DNA of 64,000 nucleotides from Rhynchopus sp. YZ270_cl-10 (GCA_964035575.1 OZ037836.1:1984001-2048000), one strand, 5' to 3'; counted from the stretch's first letter, positions 1-12,407 are shown. A program made the numbers and translations. The notes: a model not told the origin generated them from the letters alone.

Positions 1-507
1 TTTTTATCCAGCTGCAGCAAATTGCAAGCACTTGACTTGTCTGGGTGGAACAATGTGACGCGGGTTGGTGACCACTTTCTCTTCAACTGCAAATCACTGA
101 CCACACTAGATATTTCTCGGTTGAACAATGTGAGGCTGATAGGGAACTCTTTTCTCTCCATCTGCACCGCATTGCGAAGCCTTGACTTGTCTGGGTGGAA
201 GAATGTGACGCGGGTTGATAAGGACTTTCTCGCCAACTGCACCTCATTGACCACACTGGATATTTCTGGGTGGAACAATGTGATGCTAATAAAGAGGGAC
301 TTCCTACGCAACTGCACTGCATTGCGAACACTTGACCTATCTGGCTTGACGACTGTTCGGCACATTGAGGAAGGCTTCCTAAAAGGATGCAAGATACCCA
401 CAAGCAGCATCAACGTCACCGGATCGAGCAGTGTTGTGTCAGAAAATGTGCAGAGCCAGAGCGGTAGCCTCGTGGACGATACCAAGTGCAAATGTGTGTG
501 CATGTGA
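1..507 (+). CDS. UBL-LRR-CaaX family gene (subfamily A), 3' part; 5' end lies outside the window
   Basis: 24-aa repeats LxxLDLSGWxNVTxxxxxFLxxC, conserved cap IPTSSINVTGSSSVVSE, ends KCKCVCM* like the paralogs. Confidence 0.9.
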   Translation, partial: FLSSCSKLQALDLSGWNNVTRVGDHFLFNCKSLTTLDISRLNNVRLIGNSFLSICTALRSLDLSGWKNVTRVDKDFLANCTSLTTLDISGWNNVMLIKRDFLRNCTALRTLDLSGLTTVRHIEEGFLKGCKIPTSSINVTGSSSVVSENVQSQSGSLVDDTKCKCVCM

Positions 508-1347
508 GGCATGTGCATCTTTCGAGAGGCTAGGCGCTCATTGCGATGTTCAGAGAACGAATTTTACTTTGCACGTTGCACTTTGCCCTTACCAAAAATA
601 TGAAACTGTATATGTTTTTTTATGCACAGTTCTTTGCATCCTCGCGTGTACACTGATACAACCAAGCATGTTGTTGTTTTATACTACGTTACAGTAGGAC
701 AAGAAACTTGGCGATCAAATATTATTGGCGGATTTTGGGGGTTTTGTTGCAATTGGCGACTTTTTTGGTTGCCAATTCCGTTGTGATTTCTCATACAAAA
801 GCTGTATGTCGTCTGTTTTCAGGATATTCTACTCCACGTCGTTAGAATCAACGTGTGTGTACGTTACGACTTTATTGTTTTATTTCTTCTTCCTTCAAAA
901 CTTCACACACAACGCTTTTGCTTTGTACAAGACCTGTGTGCATTTCTAGTGAAATTTTTGTAGTAGTTACGTTTTGGGTGCGGGGCAGAGAGTAACATCT
1001 GTTCGATAAAAGAAACGCAAGCTTATTTGTTTTATCTCCTCCCCTTTATTGTGCAGGACCGAAACTTTCCAAAAAGGCATTTTCAAAGGAATGATAGTCA
1101 CCATTGTGACAGGTTTCGCGCTAAAGTGGAGAGGAAGGTGTTTTTTGACACAGCAACTTCGTGAGTCAGTATCGGTCTGCGAATCAAATTAAAAACGGCG
1201 TGTTTGCGCTTCGTGTTCCACTAATTTGTTGATGGCATCCAATCAAAAACAAAACAAAAGACCTCTCCCCTTGTAACTGTTTGTTGTCTCTTGCGTACTC
1301 TTACCCCCAATTGAAAACACCTGCACAAAACAGAGAGACACAAAACC

Positions 1348-2838
1348 ATGGAAATATGTGTGAAGAGCTTTGACGGAGAGAAGTACACAGTCGAGGTGGG
1401 TGTGGATGATACAACTGCGGACATACGGCGGAAGGTGGCGTCTGCAGCAGAGTTGTGCGAAGACGGCTTTGACATGAGCTTCGGAGAGAAGGTGCTGGCC
1501 GAAGGAGACGACACGACGCAGCTGAGTGCTGGGGACACAGTTGTGCTGACGAAGACGAAGTCGCAGAAGGACGACGCCATTGCAGCTCTTCGTGACTTGG
1601 GTGAGACAGCGCTGACTACAGACAGGTTCGAAGGTCTTGCAGATCCCAAGCTGGTTTATTTGTTTCTGCAGGCGGAGGTTGTGACTGAGATCCCCTCAGC
1701 ATGCTTGTCACATGGCACGTTCTCAGAACTTGATCTCAGTGGTGTGCCAGGAGTAACTACAATACGCCACAACTTCCTCCGTGGCTGCACCTCATTGCAC
1801 ACTCTTGATTTATCTGGGTGGAGCAATGTGACGCACATTGCTTTCTGCGTTCTCTCCAACTGCACTGCCTTGCGCACCCTTGACTTTTCTGGGTGGAACA
1901 ATGTCACGCACATCGGGTACGACTTCCTCGAGGGCGACACTGCGTTGACTACAGTTGACTTCTCTGGGTGGGGCAGGGTGACGCACATCGGGAGCAACTT
2001 CCTGAAGGGCTGCATCGCATTGGAAGGACTTGACCTGCGTGGGTGGAACAATGTGACGCGTATTGAGAACTGCTTCCTGTCGGAGAACTCATTGACGACA
2101 CTCGACTTCTATGGGTGGTACAGTGTCACGCAGATCGGGTCCTCGTTTCTCTCCAGCTGCACTGCCTTGCGCACCCTTGACTTATCTTGCTGGAACGGTA
2201 TCACGCACATCGGGAACTACTTCCTCGAGGGCGACAGTGCGTTGACCACAGTTGACTTCTCTGGGTGGGGCAGGGTGACGCACATCGGGAGCTACTTCCT
2301 GAAGGGCTGCAGTGCATTGGAACAACTTGACCTGAGCTGGTGGAGCAACGTCACGCACATCGGGAGCTACTTCCTCGAGGGCTGCGGTGCTTTGGAAGAA
2401 CTTGACCTGCGTGGGTGGAGCAGTGTCCGGCAGATTGCATGCTCGTTCCTCTGCAACTGCAGCGCACTGACGACGCTTGACTTGTCTGGGTGGTGCCATG
2501 TCACACAAATTGAAAACAGCTTCCTCTCCAACTGCACTGCGTTGACCACAGTTGACTTCTCTGGGTGGGGCAAGGTGACGCACATCGGGTGCAACTTCCT
2601 GAAGGGCTGCATCGTATTGACCACACTAGACTTGCGTGGGTGGAGGAGTGTGACGGTGATCGGAACAAGCTTCCTCGAAGGATGCAAAATACCTACAAGC
2701 AGCATCAACGTCACCGGATCGAGCAGTGTTGTGTCAGAATATGTGAACAGCCGTAGCCTCATCGAAGATTCCAACGACATTAGCCAAGCCGCCGAAGTGG
2801 TCGAAGGAGATATGAAGTGCAAATGTGTGTGCATGTGA
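1348..2838 (+). CDS. UBL-LRR-CaaX protein, 496 aa, about 13 LRRs
   Basis: N-terminal ubiquitin-like domain (MEICVKSFDGEKYTVEV...LSAGDTVVL), linker, 24-aa LRRs, C-terminal CVCM. Confidence 0.92.
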   Translation: MEICVKSFDGEKYTVEVGVDDTTADIRRKVASAAELCEDGFDMSFGEKVLAEGDDTTQLSAGDTVVLTKTKSQKDDAIAALRDLGETALTTDRFEGLADPKLVYLFLQAEVVTEIPSACLSHGTFSELDLSGVPGVTTIRHNFLRGCTSLHTLDLSGWSNVTHIAFCVLSNCTALRTLDFSGWNNVTHIGYDFLEGDTALTTVDFSGWGRVTHIGSNFLKGCIALEGLDLRGWNNVTRIENCFLSENSLTTLDFYGWYSVTQIGSSFLSSCTALRTLDLSCWNGITHIGNYFLEGDSALTTVDFSGWGRVTHIGSYFLKGCSALEQLDLSWWSNVTHIGSYFLEGCGALEELDLRGWSSVRQIACSFLCNCSALTTLDLSGWCHVTQIENSFLSNCTALTTVDFSGWGKVTHIGCNFLKGCIVLTTLDLRGWRSVTVIGTSFLEGCKIPTSSINVTGSSSVVSEYVNSRSLIEDSNDISQAAEVVEGDMKCKCVCM

Positions 2839-3562
2839 GGCATGTGCATCTTTCGAGAGACTAGGCGCTCATTGCGATGTTCAGAGAACGACTTTTGCAG
2901 TGCACGTTGCACTTTGCCCTTACCAAAAGTAACGTCGCTTTTGACCATTCTTTCCCAAGCTTCAGGGTTAAAAAGAACGAGAAGAAAAAAAACAAAAGTG
3001 GTGATGTTTTATACCCAATTCTTTGCCTCCTCGCGTGCGTGCAGTGCTGCAACCAAGCATGTTGTCGTCGCAGCCAGTATTTTTGTGCATTATTTCCACC
3101 AACATATTTGTGTGTGTTTTTCTTCCACATGCGCTTGGTTTTTGTGTTCATTAATTTTTATCAAAAAGCTTTAGTTTCGACAGCGAAACGTTTCCCCATG
3201 TATTGCACGGGAAACAATATATATGACAAACAGGTGCAGGGTGGTTCCGTGCATATCATAGAACCCGGCACCTTGTGTGTCTCCCAAAAACCAAAAGTGT
3301 TGTGTGTGAAGTTTTGAAGGAAGGAAAAATAACACCTCGTCCCGAATTTTTGTCCGAGAATACGATTACTAATTAGTTACTCCACTAAATAAATCGAGCA
3401 AAAATATGGTGAACTCAGCGGAGCCCGGTTTTAAAAGTGCCAAAAACGACCTTTTCGTTTTGACGCGTTGTGAGTTCCTCAAATGCAATTTTGAAGGGTA
3501 AAAAATTCGGGTTTTCTAAGCACAAGCAGTGTTAAGTCAAAAAATTTCGCGAAAAAAAAATA

Positions 3563-4533
3563 TGTACTGTACTGTACTGTACTGTACTGTACTGTACTGT
3601 ACTGTACTGTACTGTACTGTACTGTACTGTACTGTACTGTACTGTACTGTACTGTACTGTACTGTACTGTACTGTACTGTACTGTACTGTACTGTACTGT
3701 ACTGTACTGTACTGTACTGTACTGTACTGTACTGTACTGTACTGTACTGTACTGTACTGTACTGTACTGTACTGTACTGTACTGTACTGTACTGTACTGT
3801 ACTGTACTGTACTGTACTGTACTGTACTGTACTGTACTGTACTGTACTGTACTGTACTGTACTGTACTGTACTGTACTGTACTGTACTGTACTGTACTGT
3901 ACTGTACTGTACTGTACTGTACTGTACTGTACTGTACTGTACTGTACTGTACTGTACTGTACTGTACTGTACTGTACTGTACTGTACTGTACTGTACTGT
4001 ACTGTACTGTACTGTACTGTACTGTACTGTACTGTACTGTACTGTACTGTACTGTACTGTACTGTACTGTACTGTACTGTACTGTACTGTACTGTACTGT
4101 ACTGTACTGTACTGTACTGTACTGTACTGTACTGTACTGTACTGTACTGTACTGTACTGTACTGTACTGTACTGTACTGTACTGTACTGTACTGTACTGT
4201 ACTGTACTGTACTGTACTGTACTGTACTGTACTGTACTGTACTGTACTGTACTGTACTGTACTGTACTGTACTGTACTGTACTGTACTGTACTGTACTGT
4301 ACTGTACTGTACTGTACTGTACTGTACTGTACTGTACTGTACTGTACTGTACTGTACTGTACTGTACTGTACTGTACTGTACTGTACTGTACTGTACTGT
4401 ACTGTACTGTACTGTACTGTACTGTACTGTACTGTACTGTACTGTACTGTACTGTACTGTACTGTACTGTACTGTACTGTACTGTACTGTACTGTACTGT
4501 ACTGTACTGTACTGTACTGTACTGTACTGTACT
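3563..4533. repeat. (TGTAC)n microsatellite, about 194 units
   Basis: Perfect pentamer array read directly. Confidence 0.99.
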
Positions 4534-4542
4534 CCCAATCCC

Positions 4543-4832
4543 CTGTGTATACTGTGTATACTGTGTATACTGTGTATACTGTGTATACTGTGTATACTGT
4601 GTATACTGTGTATACTGTGTATACTGTGTATACTGTGTATACTGTGTATACTGTGTATACTGTGTATACTGTGTATACTGTGTATACTGTGTATACTGTG
4701 TATACTGTGTATACTGTGTATACTGTGTATACTGTGTATACTGTGTATACTGTGTATACTGTGTATACTGTGTATACTGTGTATACTGTGTATACTGTGT
4801 ATACTGTGTATACTGTGTATACTGTGTATACT
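4543..4832. repeat. (ACTGTGTAT)n array, about 32 units
   Basis: Perfect 9-mer array; the same motif recurs at 39956-40027. Confidence 0.99.
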
Positions 4833-5220
4833 ACCTGTGTGTGACCATACCCCAGATGGTCTGAAGAGTGATATGAGCATATTCTCCAGGTACCCGGAGA
4901 ATCCATTGGAGCAAGAATTTTGCACTTTTGAGCGTCACTGATTACATGTTGCCATTTTTGCGGTCATAATATTTTTTCAAATGGCAAAGGCAATTCCTTA
5001 AGGAATTACAGGGAAAATCACCGTTTTGGGTCTCTCTCTCTATGGGTGATTGGGTTTTAGGCACTCAACGAATCTGGTCGATTTTTTTTGCGTGTTCATA
5101 GGTTTTACCAGAAAAATCAATTAAAGCAAGAATTTTACGGTTTTGAATAGTTGTTCTTTATTTAAAAAAATACCCAGTTTGGACAAAAATTTGGGATTGA
5201 GTGTAAAAGTTGAGAGAGAA

Positions 5221-5447
5221 ATGTGCAGGGTTGGACCCCTGTAGTCATGATAAAAGCGATGCCGCCATTGAGCGACTCATAGGCGCATGAGTGATAGACG
5301 TTGTCGCTGTGGTATCCCGCCTCGCAGAGGAAGGTGTTTTTTGACACAGCAACTTCGTGAGTCAGTATCGGTCTGCGAATCAAATTGAAAACGGCGTGTT
5401 TGCGCGTCATATCGCAGAGGATAGAGAAACTGAAAAGTCATGAAAAA
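5221..5447 (+). repeat. Conserved ~225-bp intergenic module of the LRR array
   Basis: Near-identical copies at about 10157-10368, 22601-22826, 38455-38680, 40120-40348, 41461-41688; partial copies at 1131-1212 and 8181-8301. Confidence 0.9.
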
Positions 5448-5620
5448 AATAACAAAAGTATGCATGTACGTGTACGTATGGTGCCAAGTTCACAAGGAAC
5501 ACATAGTGGAGCACATCCCGGGTGTCCACATTACTATAACGAAGCTTTCATAAACAAAACAAAAGACCTCTCCCCTTAATTTGCCGAAATGGACAAGTTC
5601 TCGTTTTTGGTCAATTTCCG

Positions 5621-5849
5621 CACAGTACACAGTACACAGTACACAGTACACAGTACACAGTACACAGTACACAGTACACAGTACACAGTACACAGTACAC
5701 AGTACACAGTACACAGTACACAGTACACAGTACACAGTACACAGTACACAGTACACAGTACACAGTACACAGTACACAGTACACAGTACACAGTACACAG
5801 TACACAGTACACAGTACACAGTACACAGTACACAGTACACAGTACACAG
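5621..5849. repeat. (CACAGTA)n array, about 32 units
   Basis: Perfect heptamer array. Confidence 0.99.
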
Positions 5850-6201
5850 GTACACAAAAAACTAGAAAACGACACTTCGCTGCGACCACAAGCCACCCCA
5901 TAGGGGTGAATTTTTTCCCACCGAAAATAGTGTTTTTGAACTGTTTCGCACCAGATCTTTCCAAATATTTTTTTTACGGGCACTTTTGTCAAGTAGGTTT
6001 CCCCTTAGACCCCTTAGACCCCTTAGACCCCTCGTGCAAAAAAAAGGGGCAACGTGGGACCTTATAGCCGTGCAAAAAAAAGGGGCGCACTTTTTTTCAA
6101 AAACCCGCGGGTACCGGGTACAGACTTAGGATATGCCCTGAATTATATACCGGGGGTTTTTATTTTTTGAAAACTTGGTTGTTTTAGTGTAGACACCCAA
6201 A

Positions 6202-7401
6202 GATGAACTCCACTATACTACACGCTTCTAGGTAATGCCCGAATTTGCTGCTGGATGTCCGTAATGGCGAGACGACTGCCATGTGTGCGTTCCTTGCGAA
6301 GTTGAACTCCGACAGCAAAACAGTGGCCTTTGATGCTGTGCAAGAGGCATGCAGAGGTAACCACGCTGAATGCCTCACACGGCTTCTTCCGTATGTTGAG
6401 ACAACGCAGGTGGGTTTTGGGATCCTGCTGAGTGAGTGTGTCCGCGCAAGCCGCACTGAGTGCACGAAGGTCCTTTTGCAGCATTGGAAGTCAGTCTGCA
6501 ACAACGTCCACACAAGTCCAAGCACAGGTCAGTCAGCGAGTACCTGTCCGGCCATGTGGGCAGACTCTAAAGTGTGTCGCGTCTTCCTTGCCCTCGGAGG
6601 AGGCGTGCAGATGACAGACGAAGAAGGCTATTCGCCTTTGCACTCTGCAGTGGAGGGAGGGAGTTTGTCTGTCGTGCAAATGTTGGTCAAAGCAGGTGCG
6701 GTAGTGGGTGTCACAGAGAACGGAGGAGCCACGTGTCTTATGCTTGCGTCACGCGCCGAGATTGTGCGCTATCTTGTGGGTTTGAAGCAGGTGTGGATGA
6801 TCGGGACAGCGACGGGTTCACTGCCTTGCACTTCGCAGTGTGGCGACACTTTCCCGATGTGGTGCAGGTGCTCATTGATGCAGGGGCAAACATCGAGACA
6901 AAGGATGAGCTTGGGCATACGGCTGTGCTCCTAGCCTGCGCCCGAGGGCACGTCGATCTTGTGCAGATATTAGTCAAAGGTGCGGGAGTGCATGTCACAG
7001 ACAACGGAGGATTCGGGTGTCTCACGCTTGCGGCACTTAATGGGCACACCGAGACTGTGCGTACTCTTCTGTGCCTGCCTGAGGTTTGCGCAACTCAGTT
7101 GCACACATGCAACCACAGTGCACTGCACGCCGCAGTGCTTCAAAAGCACACGGAGGTGATGGAGGTGCTCATTAATGCAGGGGCAGACGTTGAGGCAAGG
7201 GGTGATAGGAGGGGCTTTTCGCCTCTTCACTGTGCTTGTGAGGTTGGGGAATGCGCAAGTGTGAAGATGTTGGTCGAAGCAGGTGCGGACGTGTGTGCTT
7301 TAGACAGTCACGGAAAGGGGTGTGCTCCAGGCGCTGGTCTTTGCGGTGCGCAGCCGTCCCCGGGCGGGTGGGCACTTCAGAGAGCACGTTCTTGCAGGTG
7401 A
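6202..7401 (+). pseudogene. Ankyrin-repeat protein, frameshifted (probable pseudogene)
   Basis: Ankyrin motifs in two frames (GYSPLHSAVEGGSLSVVQMLVKAGA; GFTALHFAVWRHFPDVVQVLIDAGA; GFSPLHCACEVG); frame switch near 6790; early stop after the ATG at 6202. Confidence 0.75.
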
Positions 7402-8640
7402 GTACAGCCACCCACGGTCGGGTGGGCGAGTCAGGGGGTGCAGGCGGCCGCAGTCGGGTGGAGGCGGCGGCGCCGGCTTCGTCTTGTGCGCCTTGTGAGG
7501 CGTCTTAGCCGCACCAGTGGAGCCAAGCTTCCTGCTGGTGGGGGGGCCCCGTGAGGGGGGTCGTTGCGGTGGCATCTGGGCAGGTGCCGGGTGTCTCCTT
7601 CGCTGGCGGTGGTGCCGCCGTCACCTCCGTCGTCTGCCTCTCCTCCTCCACGACGGGGGGTTCCTCTTCTTCTGCTATGCGCAGCGTGGCCTTCCGTGCC
7701 TCCTCCAACAGGCGTCCCAAAGCCTGTGCACGGTGCAGCTCCTCCTCTCGGCGTCCAACAGACGGGCCTCCACCATGGCGAGCAGCTTTTCATGTTTTCT
7801 TTGCAAAAACAAAGACATATCCACGTGTAGTACAGGAGAGGGCAAAGCCCTCTCCCCTCCTGTAGGGGACTCCACTGGCCGAGACCAATGAAGTGCAATT
7901 TTTTTTTTTGGGGGGGCAATTTCACGGGGGAGAGTCGGTAGAACAGTTTTTAGGTTTTGTTACCTGGTATCTTTTTCGTTCCGGGTTTTGTTTTTTAGTA
8001 AACACGTAGTATTTTGACACATGCTCGACCCTCGTGAAAAGTAGCGTGTTCTACGTATCCCACTCCACGCTTGTTTTCCTCCCTGTGCTCCACGACGCCT
8101 TATGTACGTCAAGTAAAGGGCATTTTCCTTGGACATCCATTTCTGGGTGTTTTGGGGTAGAAGGCTTCGCGCTAAAGTGGAGAGGAAGGTGTTTGTGACA
8201 CAGCAACTTCGTGAGTCAGTATCGGTCTGCGAATCAAATTGAAAACGGCGTGTTTGCGCGTCATATCGCAGAGGATAGAGAAACTGAACAGTCATGAAAA
8301 TAAAATACCCCCTAGCGTGTGCTCCACTAATTTGTTGATCGCATCCAATCAAAAACAAAAGACCTCTCCCCTTGCAACTGTTTGTTGTCTCTTGCACACC
8401 ACACACTCCCTACCACTTCCCTTTGGGCACATGCCTACACGACTGAGAGAGACATCCCTCGCGTCCTATCACAGCCTTGCAGCATACAGTTCTGCACACA
8501 GAGGTGTCCCCTTTGTCTTACACCTCTATCGTCTCAGTGGCAACATGTCTGCCTTCTTCTTGTCTCCTTCCCGTTAAGATAGTTGTGTTTCTTCTTGCCC
8601 CACCCAAAACACCTTGCACAAAACAGAGAGACACAAAACC

Positions 8641-9726
8641 ATGGAAATATGTGTGAAGAGCTTTGACGGAGAGAAGTACACAGTCGAGGTGGGTGTGGAT
8701 GATACAACTGCGGACATACGGCGGAAGGTGGCGTCTGCAGCAGAGTTGTGCGAAGACGGCTTTGACATGAGCTTCGGAGAGAAGGTGCTGGCCGAAGGAG
8801 ACTACATCACGCAGATGAGTGCTGGGGACACAGTTGTGCTGACGAAGACGAAGTCGCAGAAGGACGACGCCATTGCAGCTCTTCGTGCCTTGGGTGAGAC
8901 AAGGCTGACGTCAGAGAGGTTCAGAGGTCTGACAGATCCCAAGCTGATTCATTTGTTTCTGCAGGCGGAGGTTGTTATTGAGATCCCCGATGGATTCTTG
9001 TCAGGTGGCACGTTCTCAGAACTTGATCTCAGTGGTGTGCCAGGTGTTACCTGTATAGGTAGCTCCCTCCTCCAATACTGCATCTCATTGACCACACTGG
9101 ATATTTCTGGGTGGAACAATGTGACGGACATTAAGTACTCGTTTCTCTCTAACTGCACCGCATTGCGAAGCCTTGACTTGTCTGGGTGGAACAATGTGAC
9201 GCGGGTTGGTCTGCACTTTCTCAACAACTGCAAATCATTGACCACACTGGATATTTCTGGATGGAACAATGTGACGCGGGTTGATGGGTTCTTCCTCTCC
9301 AACTGCACCTCATTGACCATACTGGATATTTCTGGGTGGAGCAATGTGACGCAAATTGAGAACTACTTCCTCTCCTCCTGCACCGCATTGCAAAGCCTTG
9401 ACTTATCTGGGTGGCACAATGTGACGCAGGTTGATGAGTCCTTTCTCTCCAATTGCAGGTCATTGACCACACTTGATATTTCTAGGTGGAATAATGTGAC
9501 GCAAATAGGGAACAACTTTCTCTCCTTCTGCATTGCATTGCAAACCCTAGACTTATCTGGGTTGACCAATGTGAAGGAGATTGCAGCAGGATTACTTTTT
9601 GCATCCACAATGCGTAAAAGCAGCATCAACGTCACAGGATCGAGCAGTGTTGTGTCAGAATATGTGCATGGCGATAGTGGACATAGCCTCGTGGACGATA
9701 CCAAGTGCAAATGTGTGTGCATGTGA
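8641..9726 (+). CDS. UBL-LRR-CaaX protein, 361 aa, about 8 LRRs
   Basis: Same architecture; start placed at the conserved MEICV ATG; ends CKCVCM. Confidence 0.92.
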   Translation: MEICVKSFDGEKYTVEVGVDDTTADIRRKVASAAELCEDGFDMSFGEKVLAEGDYITQMSAGDTVVLTKTKSQKDDAIAALRALGETRLTSERFRGLTDPKLIHLFLQAEVVIEIPDGFLSGGTFSELDLSGVPGVTCIGSSLLQYCISLTTLDISGWNNVTDIKYSFLSNCTALRSLDLSGWNNVTRVGLHFLNNCKSLTTLDISGWNNVTRVDGFFLSNCTSLTILDISGWSNVTQIENYFLSSCTALQSLDLSGWHNVTQVDESFLSNCRSLTTLDISRWNNVTQIGNNFLSFCIALQTLDLSGLTNVKEIAAGLLFASTMRKSSINVTGSSSVVSEYVHGDSGHSLVDDTKCKCVCM

Positions 9727-10696
9727 AGCACCCGGGACATGACAGTTGTGACATACCTTAGGAAGCACCACATGTTTTCCATGCGCGATTTTTGTACTCC
9801 CGTTTTCAGAATCAACAGAGTGTGTACGTCGAGAATGTTCTCTTTTCTTTGTTTTTTCTTCACATTTTTGCAACAAAAACACTGACGTTTGAATGCATCT
9901 ATTGACGTCCTTGAGCTTTCTCTTCTTTGATTTGAAAGTTACTGAAACAAATTTACCACCCTCCACCTTTATTGTGCACTCACCTCATTTCTGTACTTCA
10001 AGCAAAGCAATTTGGTATACCCATTTCTGGGCGTTTTGGGGTGAAAAATGTTATTTTGTGTCTGTTTTACCCCACCGGTGTTTGTTGTCTTATTGTAAGA
10101 TAGCTTTCATCTCTTCATTTGTGTTCTTTGTTATGTGCGTATTTGTATCTTGTTCACCCCTGTAGTCATGATAAAAGCGATGACGCCATTGAGCGACTCA
10201 TAGGCGCATGAGTGATAGACGTTGTCGCTGTGGTATCCCGCCTCGCAGAGAAAGGTGTTTTTTGACACAGCAACTTCGTGAGTCAGTATCGGTCTGCGAA
10301 TCAAATTGAAAACGGCGTGTTTGCGCTTCATATCGCAGAGGATAGAGAAACTGAAAAGTCATGAAAATACAAAACTGAGGAACAGCCACTCTGCCTCAGC
10401 AGGGCAAGTGAACCAAAGGATAGTGGCCACGTTCAAAAGGAACACATAGTGGAGCACATCCTCGGGTGTCACACTAATACATCCAAGCTTTCAAAATGTT
10501 TAAAACAAAAGACCTCTCCCCTTGTAATTGTTTGTTGTATCTCTTGCACACCACACACACACAGCCAGTACGCAACACACTTCACGTTGCAAGGGCATCA
10601 GCAGGAATGTCGAGCGACTTGACTGATCAACGTGTCCCCTTCTTGATTCTTCTTCTTACCCCCAAAACACCTTGCACAAAACAGAGAGACAAAACC

Positions 10697-11836
10697 ATGG
10701 AAATATGTGTGGAGAGCTTTGACGGAGAGAAGTACACAGTCGAGGTGGGTGTGGATGATACAACTGCGGACATACGGCGGAAGGTGGCGTCTGCAGCAGA
10801 GTTGTGCGAAGACGGCTTTGACATGAGCTTCGGTGGGAAGCTGCTGGCCGAAGGAGACGACACGACACAGCTGAGTGCTGGGGACACAGTTGTGCTGAAG
10901 AAGATGCTGTCACAGAAGGACGACGCCATTGCAGCTCTTCGTGACTTGGGTGAGACAAGGCTGACGTCAGAGAGGTTCGAAGCTCTGAGAGATCCCAAGC
11001 TAGTTCATTTGTTTCTGCAGGCGGAGGTTGTTACTGAGATCCCCTATAGCTTCTTGAGAGATGAGACATTCGAAGAACTTGATCTCAGTGGTGTGCCAGG
11101 TGTGACTGCAGTAGGCCACTCCTTCGTCTACAACTGCACTGCGTTGCGCACTGTTGATTTATCTGGGTGGTGCAATGTGACACATATCGGGCCCTACTTT
11201 TTCTCTGACATGCGCGCATTGCAAACACTTGACTTGTCTGGGTGGAACAATGTGACGCGGGTTGATGATCACTTCGCCAACAATTGCACATCACTGACCA
11301 CACTTGATATTTCTGGGTGGAAGAATCTAAAGCATATTGGGAGCTCTTTTCTCTCCAAATGCACCGTATTGCAAACACTTGACTTGTCTGGGTGCAGCAA
11401 GGTAACGCGGGTTGATGACGACTTCCTCTCCAACTGCATCTCATTGACCACACTGGATATTTCTGGGTGGAATGCGACGCAGATGGGAAATTCTTTCCTG
11501 TCCCACTGCACCGCATTGCAAAGCCTTGACTTGTCTGGGTGGCACAATGTGACCCGGGTTGATCTGTACTTTCTCTCCCACTGCACCTCATTGACCACCC
11601 TGGATATTGCTGGGTGGAACAATGTGACGCACATAGGGGACTGTTTCCTCCTCAACTGCAGGGCATTGCGAACCCTTGACATGTCTGGGTGGACGAGTGT
11701 GCAGCACATCGACACAGCTTTCCTAAGCGGCTGCAAAATACCCACAAGCAGCATCAACGTCACCGGATCGAGCAGTGTTCTGTCAGAATATGTGCATGAC
11801 TATAGCTGTAGCCTCCGCAAATGTGTGTGCATGTGA
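10697..11836 (+). CDS. UBL-LRR-CaaX protein, 379 aa, about 9 LRRs
   Basis: Same architecture; ends LRKCVCM. Confidence 0.92.
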   Translation: MEICVESFDGEKYTVEVGVDDTTADIRRKVASAAELCEDGFDMSFGGKLLAEGDDTTQLSAGDTVVLKKMLSQKDDAIAALRDLGETRLTSERFEALRDPKLVHLFLQAEVVTEIPYSFLRDETFEELDLSGVPGVTAVGHSFVYNCTALRTVDLSGWCNVTHIGPYFFSDMRALQTLDLSGWNNVTRVDDHFANNCTSLTTLDISGWKNLKHIGSSFLSKCTVLQTLDLSGCSKVTRVDDDFLSNCISLTTLDISGWNATQMGNSFLSHCTALQSLDLSGWHNVTRVDLYFLSHCTSLTTLDIAGWNNVTHIGDCFLLNCRALRTLDMSGWTSVQHIDTAFLSGCKIPTSSINVTGSSSVLSEYVHDYSCSLRKCVCM

Positions 11837-12407
11837 GGCATGTGCATCTTTCGAGAGGCTGGGCGCTCATTGCGATGTTCAGGGAACGAATTTTAGGCAA
11901 ACTCAGTAACACTGTCACCAGAGGGCTTTGTATTAAAATTAAAAATTTTCAACTCTACTTTTTTACATAATACCAACCGAATATTATTGTGAAGCTGGTG
12001 GTGTTGTTTTATGCACAGTTCTTTGCCTCCTCGCGTGCACCGATACAGCCAAGCATGTTGTTGTTTTATACTAAGTTATGACAAATGCTTTGTGGTGGTA
12101 AATGATTCGGATGTTTTATTGTTTTCGTGGACATGACACTTGCGACATAAATTTATGAGAGAAATATTTTAATGAAAACGCGAAGACGATTCTCGTGCTC
12201 CTCACTTCACCCCCACACTATATCAATGCAACATGTTAGACCGTTTGGTCTGGGAGGGTTTAGGGTTCTAGGTTGAGCAATTACGAGAGGTCAACGAAGC
12301 TTTCAAAAACAAAACAAAAGACCTCTCCCCTTGTAACTGTTTGTTGTCTCTTGCGTACTCTCACCCCCAATTGAAAACACCTGCACGAAACAGAGAGACA
12401 CAAAACC

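Larger units (their letters stand above)
3333..5203. mobile_element. Non-autonomous TIR element with CAC termini (CACTA/CMC-like) carrying two microsatellites
   Basis: Left CACCTCGTCCCGAATTTTTGTCC vs reverse complement of right end CACTCAATCCCAAATTTTTGTCC; TAA on both flanks (3330-3332, 5204-5206). Confidence 0.6.

Noticed and set aside
3479..5992. Long ORFs (YSTVQ, VLYCT, HSI, VYCVLCT repeats)
   Set aside because: Translations of stop-free microsatellites
6001..6031. Telomeric repeat
   Set aside because: Only about 3 copies of CCCCTTAGA, internal, and not TTAGGG
7431..7925. Minus-strand GC-rich coding-like fragment
   Set aside because: Frameshifted, with no recognisable domain
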